The notes below the pieces were generated by a model. It was not told the DNA's origin. It ran no database searches and saw only the letters and a program-made list of their open reading frames with translations. Both the position numbers and the translations under genes were made by a program. A stretch of DNA of 63,427 bases, counting the filler, from Octopus bimaculoides (lineage: Eukaryota), in the NCBI RefSeq assembly GCF_001194135.2. It is 3 parts of 3 records of this genome, joined end to end, with 100 filler letters (N's around TTAATTAATTAA, not from the genome) between each part and the next. Parts side by side here need not be neighbours in the genome. Positions count along the whole stretch, not along the records: positions 18,407 to 50,085 come from NC_068984.1; positions 50,186 to 63,427 come from NC_069007.1; 1 more part is not named here. The stretch is one strand, 5' to 3'. Positions 48,204-61,317 of this stretch are shown piece by piece. Positions within the stretch are counted from its first letter, which is position 1. Each line of letters starts with the position of its first letter.

Positions 48204-48437
48204 AAACTTGTATGTGCGTTTATCCGCGCGCGTGTGTGTGTGTGTGTGTGTTTAACCCACCATCGCTTGACAACTAGTATTGGTTTGTTTTACGTCGCCG
48301 TAATTTAACAATTCGGCAAAAAGATATCGATAGAGTATGTACCAGTCTTAAATGATTAATACTGGAGGCGATTTTTCGACTAAACCCTTCAAGGTAGGAC
48401 CCCACCATACCACTAGACTGAAACAAGCAAAATGATA
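48010..48437 (+). mobile_element. SINE family B, diverged, with expanded internal (TG)n
   Basis: Head, gaaagaagcctgtcg, catcgcttgacaac and tail actgaaacaag. Confidence 0.8.
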
Positions 48438-49309
48438 CAAATATACACCATTTTTCTGATACATACCACAAAATTCTTTCCTTGATTTTCATTTGTCGCT
48501 TTTCTTATTTTTTTTTTTTTAGCTGTTTAATTTATTAAGACTCCATTTCTTTAGATTCTACCGTGTATCTAAGTCATATCCAATTCGTATTACAGTATTA
48601 CCCTTTCTAACACTTCGATAGATACGAAATAGTGTATACATAACTAGAATATTTGTAAAATACATATAAATCATCTGAATGAGGCATAGATACTGGTTTG
48701 TCAATGTTTATGTACTCGCTATAAGTTCAGTGCAAGTTAATCGTAGATGACTTCCTTGAGGGTACATGTCTGACCCAAAGAATATCTGGCTTGTTGCCTT
48801 TACACTTCACAGATATGTATGCATATGCTTACAAATATACACAAATACACATATACATGCGCGCGCGTGTGTGTGAGAGAGAGAGAGTGTGTGTATGTGT
48901 GTGCATACCGACAACCCATATAAACATGAATATAAACATTGGCGTGAATATTGCTGATAAACCATCTATCGAACAAAAATAGCTTCTGATATTTATTCAA
49001 CCCGAGTTCAGTAGCATAGATACAAATTTGTTACTCTCTCAATTGGAAATGCGATGAACCTGTGAATGACCCAATCAAAGTCAATAACCAAAGACGCTGT
49101 TGTTTATGAAAGCAATTATGAAATTTAAAAAAAAACGACAATAGAAAAAATATAAATAATCCACTGCATTAACTTTAGTTAATCAGACATTTAGTTTTTA
49201 GACAGTTGCTATCTTGACGTTATAATGTCTTTAATGTCACGGATGATTTATTTCTTATGAATGCTTAAAAGATATGCAGGGCTTTTATATTGTGTGTGCG
49301 TGCGTACAT

Positions 49310-49405
<96 letters not shown>

Positions 49406-50329
49406 GTATATATGTTGTGTCAGTAAATGACCTTTTATAAGGTTTTGGCCATTATTTCAGCCTGAATGATTTTGCACTTCAGACGTCTATGTATCTTTTT
49501 TATTTTGTACTATTAATTTTTTTTATTTTGATTCTAGGGTGGGGTATACGAAATAATCAGCCGGAGTCGTTTTTGCAGAAGTTCAGACATTCCTCTTTTC
49601 AACTCTACCTTTCTCTCTATCTTCTCTTTGTCTGTCTCTCAATATGTTACAATTACTTCATATATGTATGCATATGTATGTGCGTTCATGTCCAGGCGCG
49701 TATGACTGTATGCCTGCGTCTGTGTGGGCCTATGGGCCTTTGTGCCTGTGTATTAATTAAAAAATATGTAAAAAACAAACGCGGGAAAATGTAAGAAAGA
49801 ATTATGCATATGTGTATGCGCATGTATGAGGTTTTGAGAGTATATGAGCACACGTGCATGCGCGTGTGTATGTATATTTTTGAGTTTGTGTGTAATTGTA
49901 ATAATATAATATAAAAAGGGAGCGAGAAACGAAGATAAATAGAAAGGTATGTGTGTGTATGTATGCGTGCATGCATATATATATGAGTGCTTGTATGTGT
50001 GTGTATGTATATGTATATATATATATATGAGTGTATATATGTATATATGTATATATATATATATACATACATATATATATATATANNNNNNNNNNNNNNN
50101 NNNNNNNNNNNNNNNNNNNNNNNNNNNNNTTAATTAATTAANNNNNNNNNNNNNNNNNNNNNNNNNNNNNNNNNNNNNNNNNNNNATTGGGTATTTTATA
50201 TATATATATATATTGGAGCATATAAGCCCTCGACGGAATAAAAGTAGGCTTTGCCGTACACATGGGACTCGAACCCACCTCTGTCTGTCTGTTTCGATTT
50301 GGTTTACCATGAGATATTTGTGTCCTAAT

Positions 50330-50910
50330 TTGGCTAATTTCAGCGTCAGTTAATCTTTCATTCTTAATGATGTCTCAACGTACATTACTTAATTCATTTG
50401 CGTCTATATATCTGCGTACTTCGTTGCCTACTAAGTTTCTCCATGAAGTGTATGTTTGTACAATGAGGTAATTTTGGGGGTTTAGTTGGGCTTATAGAAA
50501 GCTTTCAACACATCTCTACAATCCTCTCTAGTCCATTTTTTATTCAGTTTGCTTTGGGTGGTGCTTTTAGTCGTGTTGCTATAGGTCTAGGATTAGAGTT
50601 GTTCTGGTTACCTGGTAGTTCGTTCTTCTGGAGGGTTTGTTCCAGCAGCAGACTTTTCGATCCCAGTCTTGTTCCTCACTGGATAACGCGGTCCTTGTCT
50701 CGGGCGATGAACAATCCGGCGGCATGAATTTTGGCTTGTCATTAAAGCATTGACGTTGACTAGAGGTGACAGGTCTGTGTGTTCAGGGTTGACTTTTTGA
50801 CACGACACCGCTTCCTCGTACTTCGAATGGATATATTTGTCATATCGGAGGCTGATAGACCGAAAATCACCTCTATTTTTTTTGGTATCTATGATTCCGG
50901 GCATCATTGT
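50330..50910 (-). mobile_element. Probable R4/Dong-type LINE N-terminal remnant (different family)
   Basis: Minus strand YTSWRNLVGNEVRRYIDANELSNVR*DIIKNERLTDAEISQIR parallels the segment at about 44050. Confidence 0.45.
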
Positions 50911-51650
50911 TTATTGATGTCTTAAACTGAGTGACTAATTCGGTTCTTTATATATTCTTTTGAGAGAATTCGCTTTTTTTTTTGTTCGGCATCGCTCGTG
51001 ACACGTTTTTCTTTTATTTTCTGTATGTGTACGTGTGTGTCATGTAGGCATTATTTATGTTGCTTCTAAGTATCAGCATGTGCACATGGATGTATGGGCA
51101 GTTGCATGAATAGGTAATTATTCAATTTACGTACTTACTGTGTAATTGGTGTGTTTTTTCCACGGTTTCTGGTACTGGTTTCGATTTCTTGTGTATAATA
51201 CAGTGGGATATCGCACATTTAAGAAAGAAAGAACATTGTATTCAGCAAAAATCTTCCCGATTTTTTAGTTCCTTTGCTTTAAACAGAACTTTTCCCACAG
51301 TTGTATCGCAAAGCTTTCCTTCCATCGCACCGATGTTATTGGATTAAGTTTGTTTTGTGGATAGAGCTTCTTTGTGGACGTCCATGTTGTTATTTAGCTC
51401 GATTATCATTATTCACTGCAGAATACCGAGGACGTGTTTTCAAACGCTCCAGATTGGTGCAGCTTAAAACATTTATTTATACCGGTTTGGTGCTTTCTTT
51501 GCATTATTTATTTTTTTTCCAAATTGTCAATTGAAACACCAGCAACCTGTTACTGCTTTTCTATAGTTGTTTAGCCCCTCGAGGGGCTATATTCGGTCCA
51601 ACAAATTAGTTCGGTGGCCGTTTAATTTAATTTAATTTAATTTAATTTAA

Positions 51651-54425
51651 TGAGACACAACTCAGCAAGATGGCGAAGTTCGTCTTGAAAGAGTTGAGAA
51701 AAAAAGAAAACTGCCCCTCCCACGAATCTGGTGAGTGCTGAATATTTCCTTTCCCCATCCCTCCGTTACTGGCAACAATACAGGAGAAGGGGAGTACAAC
51801 GTCCACCTCGTAATAGCAGCGTCGGTAGCAGTAACAGCAGCAGCAGTAGTGGTAGCCACAACAACAATGCAAGAGACAGCAGCAGCAGCGATGCCAAGAG
51901 CAACAACAACAATGGCAAAATTCACAGCACCAACAACAACAACTACAACAGCAGCAGCAGCAGCAACAGCATAAACAACAACAACATTGCCAACAACAAA
52001 AGCACGTTCGCTGCAGCATTAGCGAAGAAGTAGTGACGCTTCACCGTGGGCCTCACAAATAGAGATGAAACGTTGGCCCAACTGATTAAAAAAGAACAAA
52101 CCTGGCCAACCTAACTGTCCCGTCAGAGGCAATTGAAACAGTAGAGAAAAGAACGGTGCTTTTCAGATGCATCTCAGCAGAGACGAAAAATGTGGCTTTA
52201 ATAGCCAAAGTAGATATTGAAGCGGCGCTGAAGAGTATCCGAGATGACACCGAGTACATAGCGAGGGGCAACAATACGGCACCATTTCGGTGCTGTTTCG
52301 GTCAGACGCCCTCGCTATGAAACGTTCAATGAGACCTTGCAAAACCAGGGATGTCATTATGTACCCCGCCCACATGGGGAAACGAATAGCGTGTGTTCAC
52401 ATTCTTGGGATCACACCAGGACTTGATATGTGGTTTCTTCTGTTATACGTAATTGTGGAGGGGGCGAATAACGACCCGATAGAGGTGACAAGAACTGCCA
52501 GGGAGGACTGGTCCAGAGTTGAAATAAGCGTTAGAAAAAGTAGAAAGGACGAGGAGGAGTTAGTAGCTAAACTAAAGGAGGTTATTTGCTGTGTATTGTA
52601 ACTGTCGAGCTGACAGCAAGAATGGCATTAGACCGGTTCTCAATACGAAACATAAAGGTTGTATTGTCAGAGTTAAGGCGCGTGCTCTAAGTAACGAGGG
52701 AATCAAAGCTATTCGATGGGTCCGCGTGGCGGAGACGCAGCGTGGTAACAGAACTACAATTCGATTTTTGACGGACATGAGCTGAGCGAATCCAGGCAGA
52801 AGTGTGAGCCCATTCGCCAGCACTTTGTGCGGTTTTCGTAGTGAGTGGTGGGGCGGAGACAGTGGCGGTTTTCAGTCCCTATCTCGACGGCCGATGCTGT
52901 GCGCTGTGAAAGGCAGATAACTTCAGCTGAAATTCAGGCTGACCTTAACGGCTGCACGAGGTGCAAGTCACCCGGTTTAGATGGTCCATCCTACAAGCTT
53001 TACGTAAATATGCCAAACTTGTTCTCCGATCTCCTCGAAGCGCTCTACTGCAACTGGCAGCAGAACGGGAGCATTTCCAGTTCTGTGTGCCGGGACGTAG
53101 TGTTGCTGATGAGGAAAGACGAAAATGAGAGGGACACAACAAATAACTTCAGGCCCATAACTCTGCTTAACACAGAATTTAAGATTTTGGCCAAGGTGTT
53201 AGCGAAGAGGTTGGCGCTTGTCGCCGAGGATTTGGTAGGGGTGGTGCAAGCGTGCGCAATCCCGACCAGGTCCATACACAACAACCTCCACCTCATAGAA
53301 AGGGTAGAGTATAAACGTGGGTTCGGTGGGGTGCTAATCAATTTAGATCAATCAATAGCATTCGATAGGGTCGACCATCGGTACCTGGAAGCTGTCCTCA
53401 AAGCGGCTGACAACGGCCCCGACTTCAGAGGATGGATCGCTGCAATGCACAGCGGCATCTGATCGGTGGTCAAAGTTAATGGTCACCTCTCGGAACCGCT
53501 GGATCTTTGACAACTTTATCTGGTCTATTGCCCTTAATTTCTCTATCTGTGTGTATTGGCATATCCTAGAGTATGCTTGCTTTCTCGTTTTCTGTCACCT
53601 TTTCTGGCGTGTGCTTATACTATGTTTTTTCTGTTGTTGTTATTGTTATTTACGATCTAAGTACGGCAACGTTCTCTGAGAGACTCTAGGTGTCAATGAT
53701 ATTCAACTGGTTGGTCTGCTCCGGTGGACTTTCGGGTCGGAGCCTATGGATAATTTCCAGAAATTGTTAGCCTGGAAGTGCTACCGGGGCTGGAGGTGGG
53801 GAGGATTCCCGGTTCAGGATAAACTCTACAGGTTTGGAAGTGCCCTCAGCGGGGATAGCCCGAGATGAGCTCACAGCGTTGAAACTGTTCTGCACGTCTC
53901 GTCCAGTGCTCATGTGTTTCTGACTTGTGGATTCATGTCGAAAACCTGCTGTCGCGTGTAGGACTGATCCGGCTATCGGCTGAGTCCATTGTGAAGATAG
54001 TCCCGCCGCCTTCCTTTGGCCAGGGAGGACATGTTGACTTTCTTTGTTTGGTAGCTTTAGCAAAAGAAATTGTGTGATGGACCAGATTGTACGGGTTGAA
54101 GACAGATACTTTCCTCTTTGGTCAAACCCTCATCAACTTTTTCAAGTAACGGGGGTGAGGGAAGTGTTGCCTCCCAGCAATCTTGCTAAAAGATGGGTGA
54201 ATGACACTAAAAGACGGGCCTACTCTAAGCATGAGTCTGTAAGTTGGAGAAGGAAAATGTGAAGAGGACGACCATGGTTTTGTGAGGTCACCACGAGCAG
54301 CCATAGGAAGTTTCCCTCAATTGGGGAATTATTTACTGTTATGATTTTATATTGTTACTGTTGTATTTTTATATGCCTTTTATGTAACCCCACATTATTG
54401 TCTTCTACCGTCCTCAACATTTTTG
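51651..54425 (+). mobile_element. L1/Tx1-clade LINE, internally deleted and disrupted
   Basis: ORF1-like region 51670-52570. RT motifs KSPGLDG, FRPITLLNTEFKILAKVLAKRL, LDQSIAFDRVDH (52845-53462). C-terminal MDNFQKLLAWKCYRG..ETVLH. No endonuclease domain or YADD region is visible. Confidence 0.85.
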
Positions 54426-54434
54426 TGAACCTAA

Positions 54435-54645
54435 TAGCGTTAGCACGCTGGACCAAATGCTAAGCGGCATTTCGTCTGTCTTTACGTTCCGATTTTCAAG
54501 TGCTGCCAACGTCAACTTCACCTTTCATCTTTTAGCGATCAGTAAAATAAGCACCAGCCTAGCACTGGCGTCGATGTAATCGACTATTCCCTCCCCTCAA
54601 AGTTTAGGCCTTGTGACTATAATAGAAGGGATTATTATTATTATT
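54435..54645 (+). mobile_element. SINE family A with (ATT)n tail
   Basis: Family motifs. Confidence 0.85.
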
Positions 54646-54830
54646 ACGGAGATGTACTTACATAGCAAGTGACCCGATCTGAGATCGTGTGCTGGAACGA
54701 AAACAATCGCAGCGTGGAAGCAGCACGAAATTTTGTCAGTAAACAGGTCGCAGTCTCAAAGCGACGAAAACATTATTTCTGTTGTTGTTATCATCATTAT
54801 TATTATTATTATTATTATTATTTTTTTACT

Positions 54831-54980
54831 AAAGCCGGCGAACTTTACGATCTAAGTTCAAATACCGTTCAAGTCGACTTTGTTTTTTTTCATCTTTTCG
54901 GGGTCTCTGAAATATGTACCAGTCAATGTAATCGACTCATCGCCTTCCCTACGATAGGACTTGTGCCTATCGTAGAAAGG

Positions 54981-55010
<30 letters not shown>
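54831..55010 (+). mobile_element. SINE family A with (ATT)n tail
   Basis: Family motifs, with deletions. Confidence 0.8.
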
Positions 55011-55013
<3 letters not shown>

Positions 55014-55020
55014 TTATACA

Positions 55021-55230
55021 AGGCGCGGTGAGCTGGACCCTGGACGAAATGCTTAGCACTCGCCTGTCGCTACGTTCGGAGTTCAAATTCCGCCGAGGTC
55101 GACTTTGCCTTTTATACTTTCGGGGAGTCAATAAAATAAGTACCAGTTGGTTACTGGGTCGATGTAATCGTCTAGTCCTCTCGCCTCAAAATTGCTGCCC
55201 TTGTGGCAAAAGTTGAAACCATTATTATTA
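55021..55230 (+). mobile_element. SINE family A with (ATT)n tail
   Basis: Family motifs. Confidence 0.85.
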
Positions 55231-56120
55231 CTTCTCTGTTTTTCTCTTTTTTGCCATCAAAGTGACACTGGGGTAAAATATACAAAACCCAGTATACCCA
55301 TCATGACTACCCGTCTGATAAGGGTACACCAGGCACATGCATCACAACCATATGTGCGCGACATGGTGATCTCATATCAAGATAAACAGCGCATGACCTC
55401 GCAGGTGGGGTCCAGTTAGATTTTTCTTCAGGTCGAGTAGCCCATCCCGCTCAAAAGGTCCCTGAATAAGGTTCGTTTAAGGATGTTGAGCAAAACACCC
55501 ATGTTTCCAAAGGTGAATTATTCAAACCCCAAAAAATTTCACTCAGCACATGGCTATGATGCTCCGCCACTACTTCTGCTCATGATCAGAGGTNNNNNNN
55601 NNNNNNNNNNNNNNNNNNNNNNNNNNNNNNNNNNNNNNNNNNNNNNNNNNNNNNNNNNNNNNNNNNNNNNNNNNNNNNNNNNNNNNNNNNNNNNNNNNNN
55701 NNNNNNNNNNNNNNNNNNNNNNNNNNNNNNNNNNNNNNNNNNNNNNNNNNNNNNNNNNNNNNNNNNNNNNNNNNNNNNNNNNNNNNNNNNNNNNNNNNNN
55801 NNNNNNNNNNNNNNNNNNNNNNNNNNNNNNNNNNNNNNNNNNNNNNNNNNNNNNNNNNNNNNNNNNNNNNNNNNNNNNNNNNNNNNNNNNNNNNNNNNNN
55901 NNNNNNNNNNNNNNNNNNNNNNNNNNNNNNNNNNNNNNNNNNNNNNNNNNNNNNNNNNNNNNNNNNNNNNNNNNNNNNNNNNNNNNNNNNNNNNNNNNNN
56001 NNNNNNNNNNNNNNNNNNNNNNNNNNNNNNNNNNNNNNNNNNNNNNNNNNNNNNNNNNNNNNNNNNNNNNNNNNNNNNNNNNNNNNNNNNNNNNNNNNNN
56101 NNNNNNNNNNNNNNNNNNNN

Positions 56121-56187
<67 letters not shown>

Positions 56188-56816
56188 CGGTGTGTGGGTG
56201 GGCGGTAGGACATTATGGTGGGTGGCTGGATAACTACAATGGTGTGTGAGAAATAAAAGTACTGCTAACCCAGTAGCTACTACACACTGGTTCTGTATTC
56301 CTCTATCGGCCCCGCAGACAGAAGCAGACGGCTTCTTTCATTGGTTTTTTCGTTCGACCCGTTCTGATTCTTGGCTTCTTTTTCTCTCGCCTGACCCACG
56401 CCTCATCCCCGATTAATTCTTGCCGTTGTTCTTGCGGCTAGGGAACTTAATAATTATCAATCAAAAAACTTGGACTATCTGACTTTAATTAATCAATAAT
56501 TAACGAGCAAGGTCATCTCGTTAGTGCAAGAATGCAGTACCAGCAATAACAAACACACACACACATACACACACACACACACACACGCACACAAACACAC
56601 ACACATACACGCCCCCCACACCTGCTGATGCGGGAGTAGCAGCAACGGCAGCAGTGGCGGGGAAGCAGTAGTAGTAGTCACAGGCGCTAGAACAGCAGGA
56701 AAAGTAGAGACATCAACACCATCAGCATCATTCTCATCATTATTAAAACCACCAACAACACAAACACCACCCTCACCACTACTACCATCATCATTGTCGT
56801 CATCATCATCATTATC

Positions 56817-56852
<36 letters not shown>

Positions 56853-57712
56853 AAAAAACACAAAAAACAATAACAAAAAAAACAACAAAGTGAGGACGTG
56901 ATACGGATAGTGTTATTGGACGCTCGGGAAAGGAAGGAGGTGCATACCTACATCTACCTGTATATATAAGTGCATATCTNNNNNNNNNNNNNNNNNNNNN
57001 NNNNNNNNNNNNNNNNNNNNNNNNNNNNNNNNNNNNNNNNNNNNNNNNNNNNNNNNNNNNNNNNNNNNNNNNNNNNNNNNNNNNNNNNNNNNNNNNNNNN
57101 NNNNNNNNNNNNNNNNNNNNNNNNNNNNNNNNNNNNNNNNNNNNNNNNNNNNNNNNNNNNNNNNNNNNNNNNNNNNNNNNNNNNNNNNNNNNNNNNNNNN
57201 NNNNNNNNNNNNNNNNNNNNNNNNNNNNNNNNNNNNNNNNNNNNNNNNNNNNNNNNNNNNNNNNNNNNNNNNNNNNNNNNNNNNNNNNNNNNNNNNNNNN
57301 NNNNNNNNNNNNNNNNNNNNNNNNNNNNNNNNNNNNNNNNNNNNNNNNNNNNNNNNNNNNNNNNNNNNNNNNNNNNNNNNNNNNNNNNNNNNNNNNNNNN
57401 NNNNNNNNNNNNNNNNNNNNNNNNNNNNNNNNNNNNNNNNNNNNNNNNNNNNNNNNNNNNNNNNNNNNNNNNNNNNNNNNNNNNNNNNNNNNNNNNNNNN
57501 NNNNNNNNNNNNNNNNNNNNNNNNNNNNNNNNNNNNGGGGGGGGGGGAATTAAGGATCTTTCAACAAGAGTTTGCGGGGAGGCACGGGTCAGACAAGTAT
57601 GTCGTTAGTTTTTACCTTTCTCGTAGTAAGCAACACCGTAAAATGTAAGAAACAACACAATATAAACGAGTAATTCAACAGTCATCAGACATCAACTATT
57701 ATAGGCTGTTTG

Positions 57713-57929
57713 GGAGGCAGTGAGCTGGCAGAATCGGTAGAACGCCGAGCAAAAATGCTTAGCGGCGTTTCGTCTGTACGTTCTGAGTTCAAACTCCACC
57801 GAGGTCGACTTCGACTTTTATCATTTCGGGGTCAATAAATTAAGTACCAGTTGAGTACTGGGGCTAATGTAATCGACTTACCTCCTCCTCTCAAATTGCA
57901 AGCTCTGTGGTTTTAGTAGAAAAGATTAT
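57713..57929 (+). mobile_element. SINE family A, full length
   Basis: gagctggcagaatcggtag..gagttcaaactcc..tagtagaaaagattat. Confidence 0.9.
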
Positions 57930-58022
57930 AAGCTGTTTGGAACACTTATTGATGTAACTTCAAAATGCTGAGCGATTGTAGTACGGTCGTCGTTCTTGCT
58001 GCTGTTCTTGTTGTTATTGTAG

Positions 58023-58408
58023 AGGCGCAATGGCCCAGTGGTTAGGGCAGCAGACTCGCGGTCATAGGATCGCGGTTTCGATTCCCAGACCGGGCGTTGT
58101 GAGTGTTTATTGACCGTAAACACCTAAAAGCTCCACGAGGCTTCGGCTTGGGATGGTGGCGAACCCTGCTGTACCCTTTCACCACAACTTTCTCTCACTC
58201 TTACTTCCTGTTTCTGTTGTGCCTGTAATTCAAAGGGTCAGCCTTGTCACACTCTGTGTCACGCTGAATATCCCCGAGAACTACGTTAAGGGTACACGTG
58301 TCTGTGGAGTGCTCAGCCACTTGCACGTTAATTTCACGAGCAGGCTGTTCCGTTGATCGAATCAACTGGAACCCTCGACGTCGAAAGCGACGGAGTGCCA
58401 ACAACAAC
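58023..58408 (+). mobile_element. SINE family C, full length, (AAC)n tail
   Basis: Very similar to the reverse complement of 23798-24160. Confidence 0.9.
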
Positions 58409-58739
58409 GTTGTTGTTATTATTGCGATCACCGAAGTTGTTATGTTAAACGTTGAAAGACGTTTCATCCATGACAATCCTGCTATAAAATCGAGAGATTC
58501 TGCTTGTAACAAAGCCCCTTTTTTAGACGCCCAACTCGTTGCCTGGAAGCTGACGATGGCAGTAAGGAAGATGATGACGTTTAAGACGTTAACGTCGATA
58601 AGGACGGCGACGATCATTAAGATAGCGACGACAAAGATGGCGCTGCCGTCGTTGACACCGATATGGTTGGTTGCAAGTAATGGCGACGTTGGTGATGAAG
58701 ACAACAAAGACATTGATGGTGAATACCGTTAATGGTAAT

Positions 58740-59295
58740 AACGATAGTGATGATGACTATGATCATGGTGATGATGATGATGATGATGATGGTGTTAATT
58801 ATGATGATAATGAGAACGACTACGACGCCGCCGACGGAGATAATGATGAATATAAGTATGATGATGAGGTACATGGGGATGACGACGGTCGTGATGATGA
58901 CGATAAGGATGATCATGACGATGTTCATGATGGCGATGATGATGACGATGACGATGAAAATGATTATGACGATAATGATGGTCATGATGATGATGACGAC
59001 GATGATGATGACATTGATGATGATGATGATGATGTTGATGATGATTATGATGATAATGATGGTCATGATGATGATGACGATGATGGTGATGATGACATTG
59101 ATGATGATGATGATGATTATGATTATGATGTCGATGATGATTATGATGATGATGATGATGACGATGATGGTGATGATGACATTGATGATGATGATGATGA
59201 TGATGATTATGATGATGATGATGATGATGATGACGATGATGATGACGATGATGGTGATGATGATGATTATGATGTCGATGATGATGATGATGATT

Positions 59296-59326
<31 letters not shown>

Positions 59327-59520
59327 CGATGATGGTGATGATGACATTGATGATGATGAAGATGATTATGATTATGATGTCGATGATGATTATGATGATG
59401 ACGATAATGGTGATGATGATGACGATGATGATTATGATAGTGATGATGATGATGGTGATGATGATGTTAACGACAATGACGTTTACAACGTTGACGACAG
59501 AAGAGGCGAAAATGACGACG
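58740..59520. repeat. (GAT)n-derived expanded repeat with higher-order units
   Basis: Recurrent ggtgatgatgacattgat..tatgattatgatgtcgat blocks. Confidence 0.95.
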
Positions 59521-60213
59521 ACGACGGCAACACCGCCGCTGCTGCCGCTGCTGCCGCTGCTGCTATTGTCATTTTTTCTTTTGTAATTTTTTTGTGTTTT
59601 TTGCACTATTTAATGCAACAATGGAATTACTTAGGATTGTAACAGAGTTTTTCTCTCTTTTTATTTCTAAATATATAAAAAAAAAACCCTTTAAACGATG
59701 CCGTACTAAGGGAGTATCGAGGTGGGGGTGGGGAGTGGGTGAAGGGGCAGGTTAAAAGAGAGAGAAGTGGCTGGTATAAAAAAAAAAACACAAGACAAAT
59801 CAGCAACAACAACAAGAAGAAGAAGCTAAAACAAAAAAGAAAATAGCACAGAAAAAGAAACAACAACGAAAACAAATGTCTTTATGAAAATATATATGTA
59901 ACGAAAAAAAAAGCATCAAATAATTAAATAAACTGAAAATAAACAGAAAAAGCCACACCCTGTTTCATGTTAAAACATGTTACAGGGCATGATGGGGGGT
60001 GGGGTGGGAGGTTAGCTGACTGATACAAGTGTGAAGGGAAATAGGTATATATATTGGAAGAAATGTATAAATATATATATATATAGCATTAATATGTAAA
60101 TGTCAAAATAAATATACAAATGCTATTATAAATATATATATGTTAAAATAAATATATAGACATACATGGAGAACGAAGCGGGGCGTGGTAATCTGAAACA
60201 CCCCACGTTCGTG

Positions 60214-60490
60214 TGTGTATCTATCTATCTATCTGTCAATCTCTATCTATCTATCTACCTTCCTTCCTACCTATCTATCTATTTATCCATCTACCTATCT
60301 GTCTATCTATCTATCTATCTAATCTATTCATCTATCTATCTAATCTATTTAATCTATCTATCTATCTATTTAATCTATCTATCTATCTATTTAATCTATC
60401 TATCTATCTATTTAATCTGTCTATCTATCTATTTAATCTGTCTATCTATCTATCTATCTGCCTGTCTGCCTAGCTGTCTGTCTGTCTGTC
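60214..60490. repeat. (TCTA)n/(TCTG)n tetranucleotide repeat
   Basis: Direct reading. Confidence 0.95.
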
Positions 60491-60794
60491 AATAAATTTG
60501 TCTGTCCGTCTGCCTGTCTTAAGCACACTTGTTTTCTTAAGGAAATGAACTGGATGTTATTTTAACCCTGTTATTATTATTAAACGTAAGCAAATAAATA
60601 TTGGAAAAAACCCCCACTTAATTGAAAGCTCCGCATCACTTTCAGCCAGTCTTTCCATATCTCTCCTTTCTCTCTCTCTCTCTCACTCATTCACACACTC
60701 ACTCATTCACTTACTCTCTCTTTCTCACGCACACACACATGTTCATACATCCATAGGTAAGCACATATCAATTCATTCATATATACATACACAC

Positions 60795-60950
60795 CTATCT
60801 ATCTATCTATGTATCTATGTATCTATCTATTTACCTGCCTAACTACCTGCCTGCCTGCTTGTCTGTCTATGTATGTATGTATGTACGTACGTACGTACGT
60901 ACGTACGTATGTATGTATGTATCTATCTATCTGTCTATCTACCTATCTAT
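60795..60950. repeat. (TATC)/(TATG)/(TACG) tetranucleotide repeat
   Basis: Direct reading. Confidence 0.9.
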
Positions 60951-61009
60951 CTGGTGGTTCGGTTCTCCGTCGTTCACCGAGGAGGACTCAGTTGTTTAAT
61001 TTGTTCAAT

Positions 61010-61120
61010 TGAATGACCTGCTGGTTGAATTAACGTCTACGTGCCTGGGTATCCCGTAGACACATGTATCCCTTAACATAAAATTCCCAGGCAGAAGCGG
61101 TGTGACACCTGGCTGTATCT
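61010..61120 (-). mobile_element. Diverged relative of SINE C 3' region
   Basis: cctgctggttgaattaacgt..gacacatgtatcccttaac..gtgtgaca parallels 23855-23960. Confidence 0.5.
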
Positions 61121-61317
61121 TGTAAATCTCGGGTATGATCTACCTGGCGGGGTTTTTACACCTTTTCCGTCTACACCATTTCACACATAAAGGTATTGAG
61201 CGACCCGAATGGCCAGAGAAAATACGTTTATAATGACACGCTGTGGAATTGCATTCGGGATCTCGTGGTTGCGAAACGAACTTTTTAACCGTTCGCTCAC
61301 ACTGCATCTATATGTAC

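Noticed and set aside
55295-55593. Probable interspersed repeat before the gap
   Set aside because: Single copy in this window and no diagnostic motif, so it cannot be supported from the sequence alone.
58617-59606. Poly-Ile (minus) and poly-Met (plus) ORFs
   Set aside because: Alternative frames of the (GAT)n tract.
59724-59747. Canonical G-quadruplex motif GGGGGTGGGGAGTGGGTGAAGGGG
   Set aside because: Real pattern, but isolated, with no linked gene or element; expected occasionally by chance.
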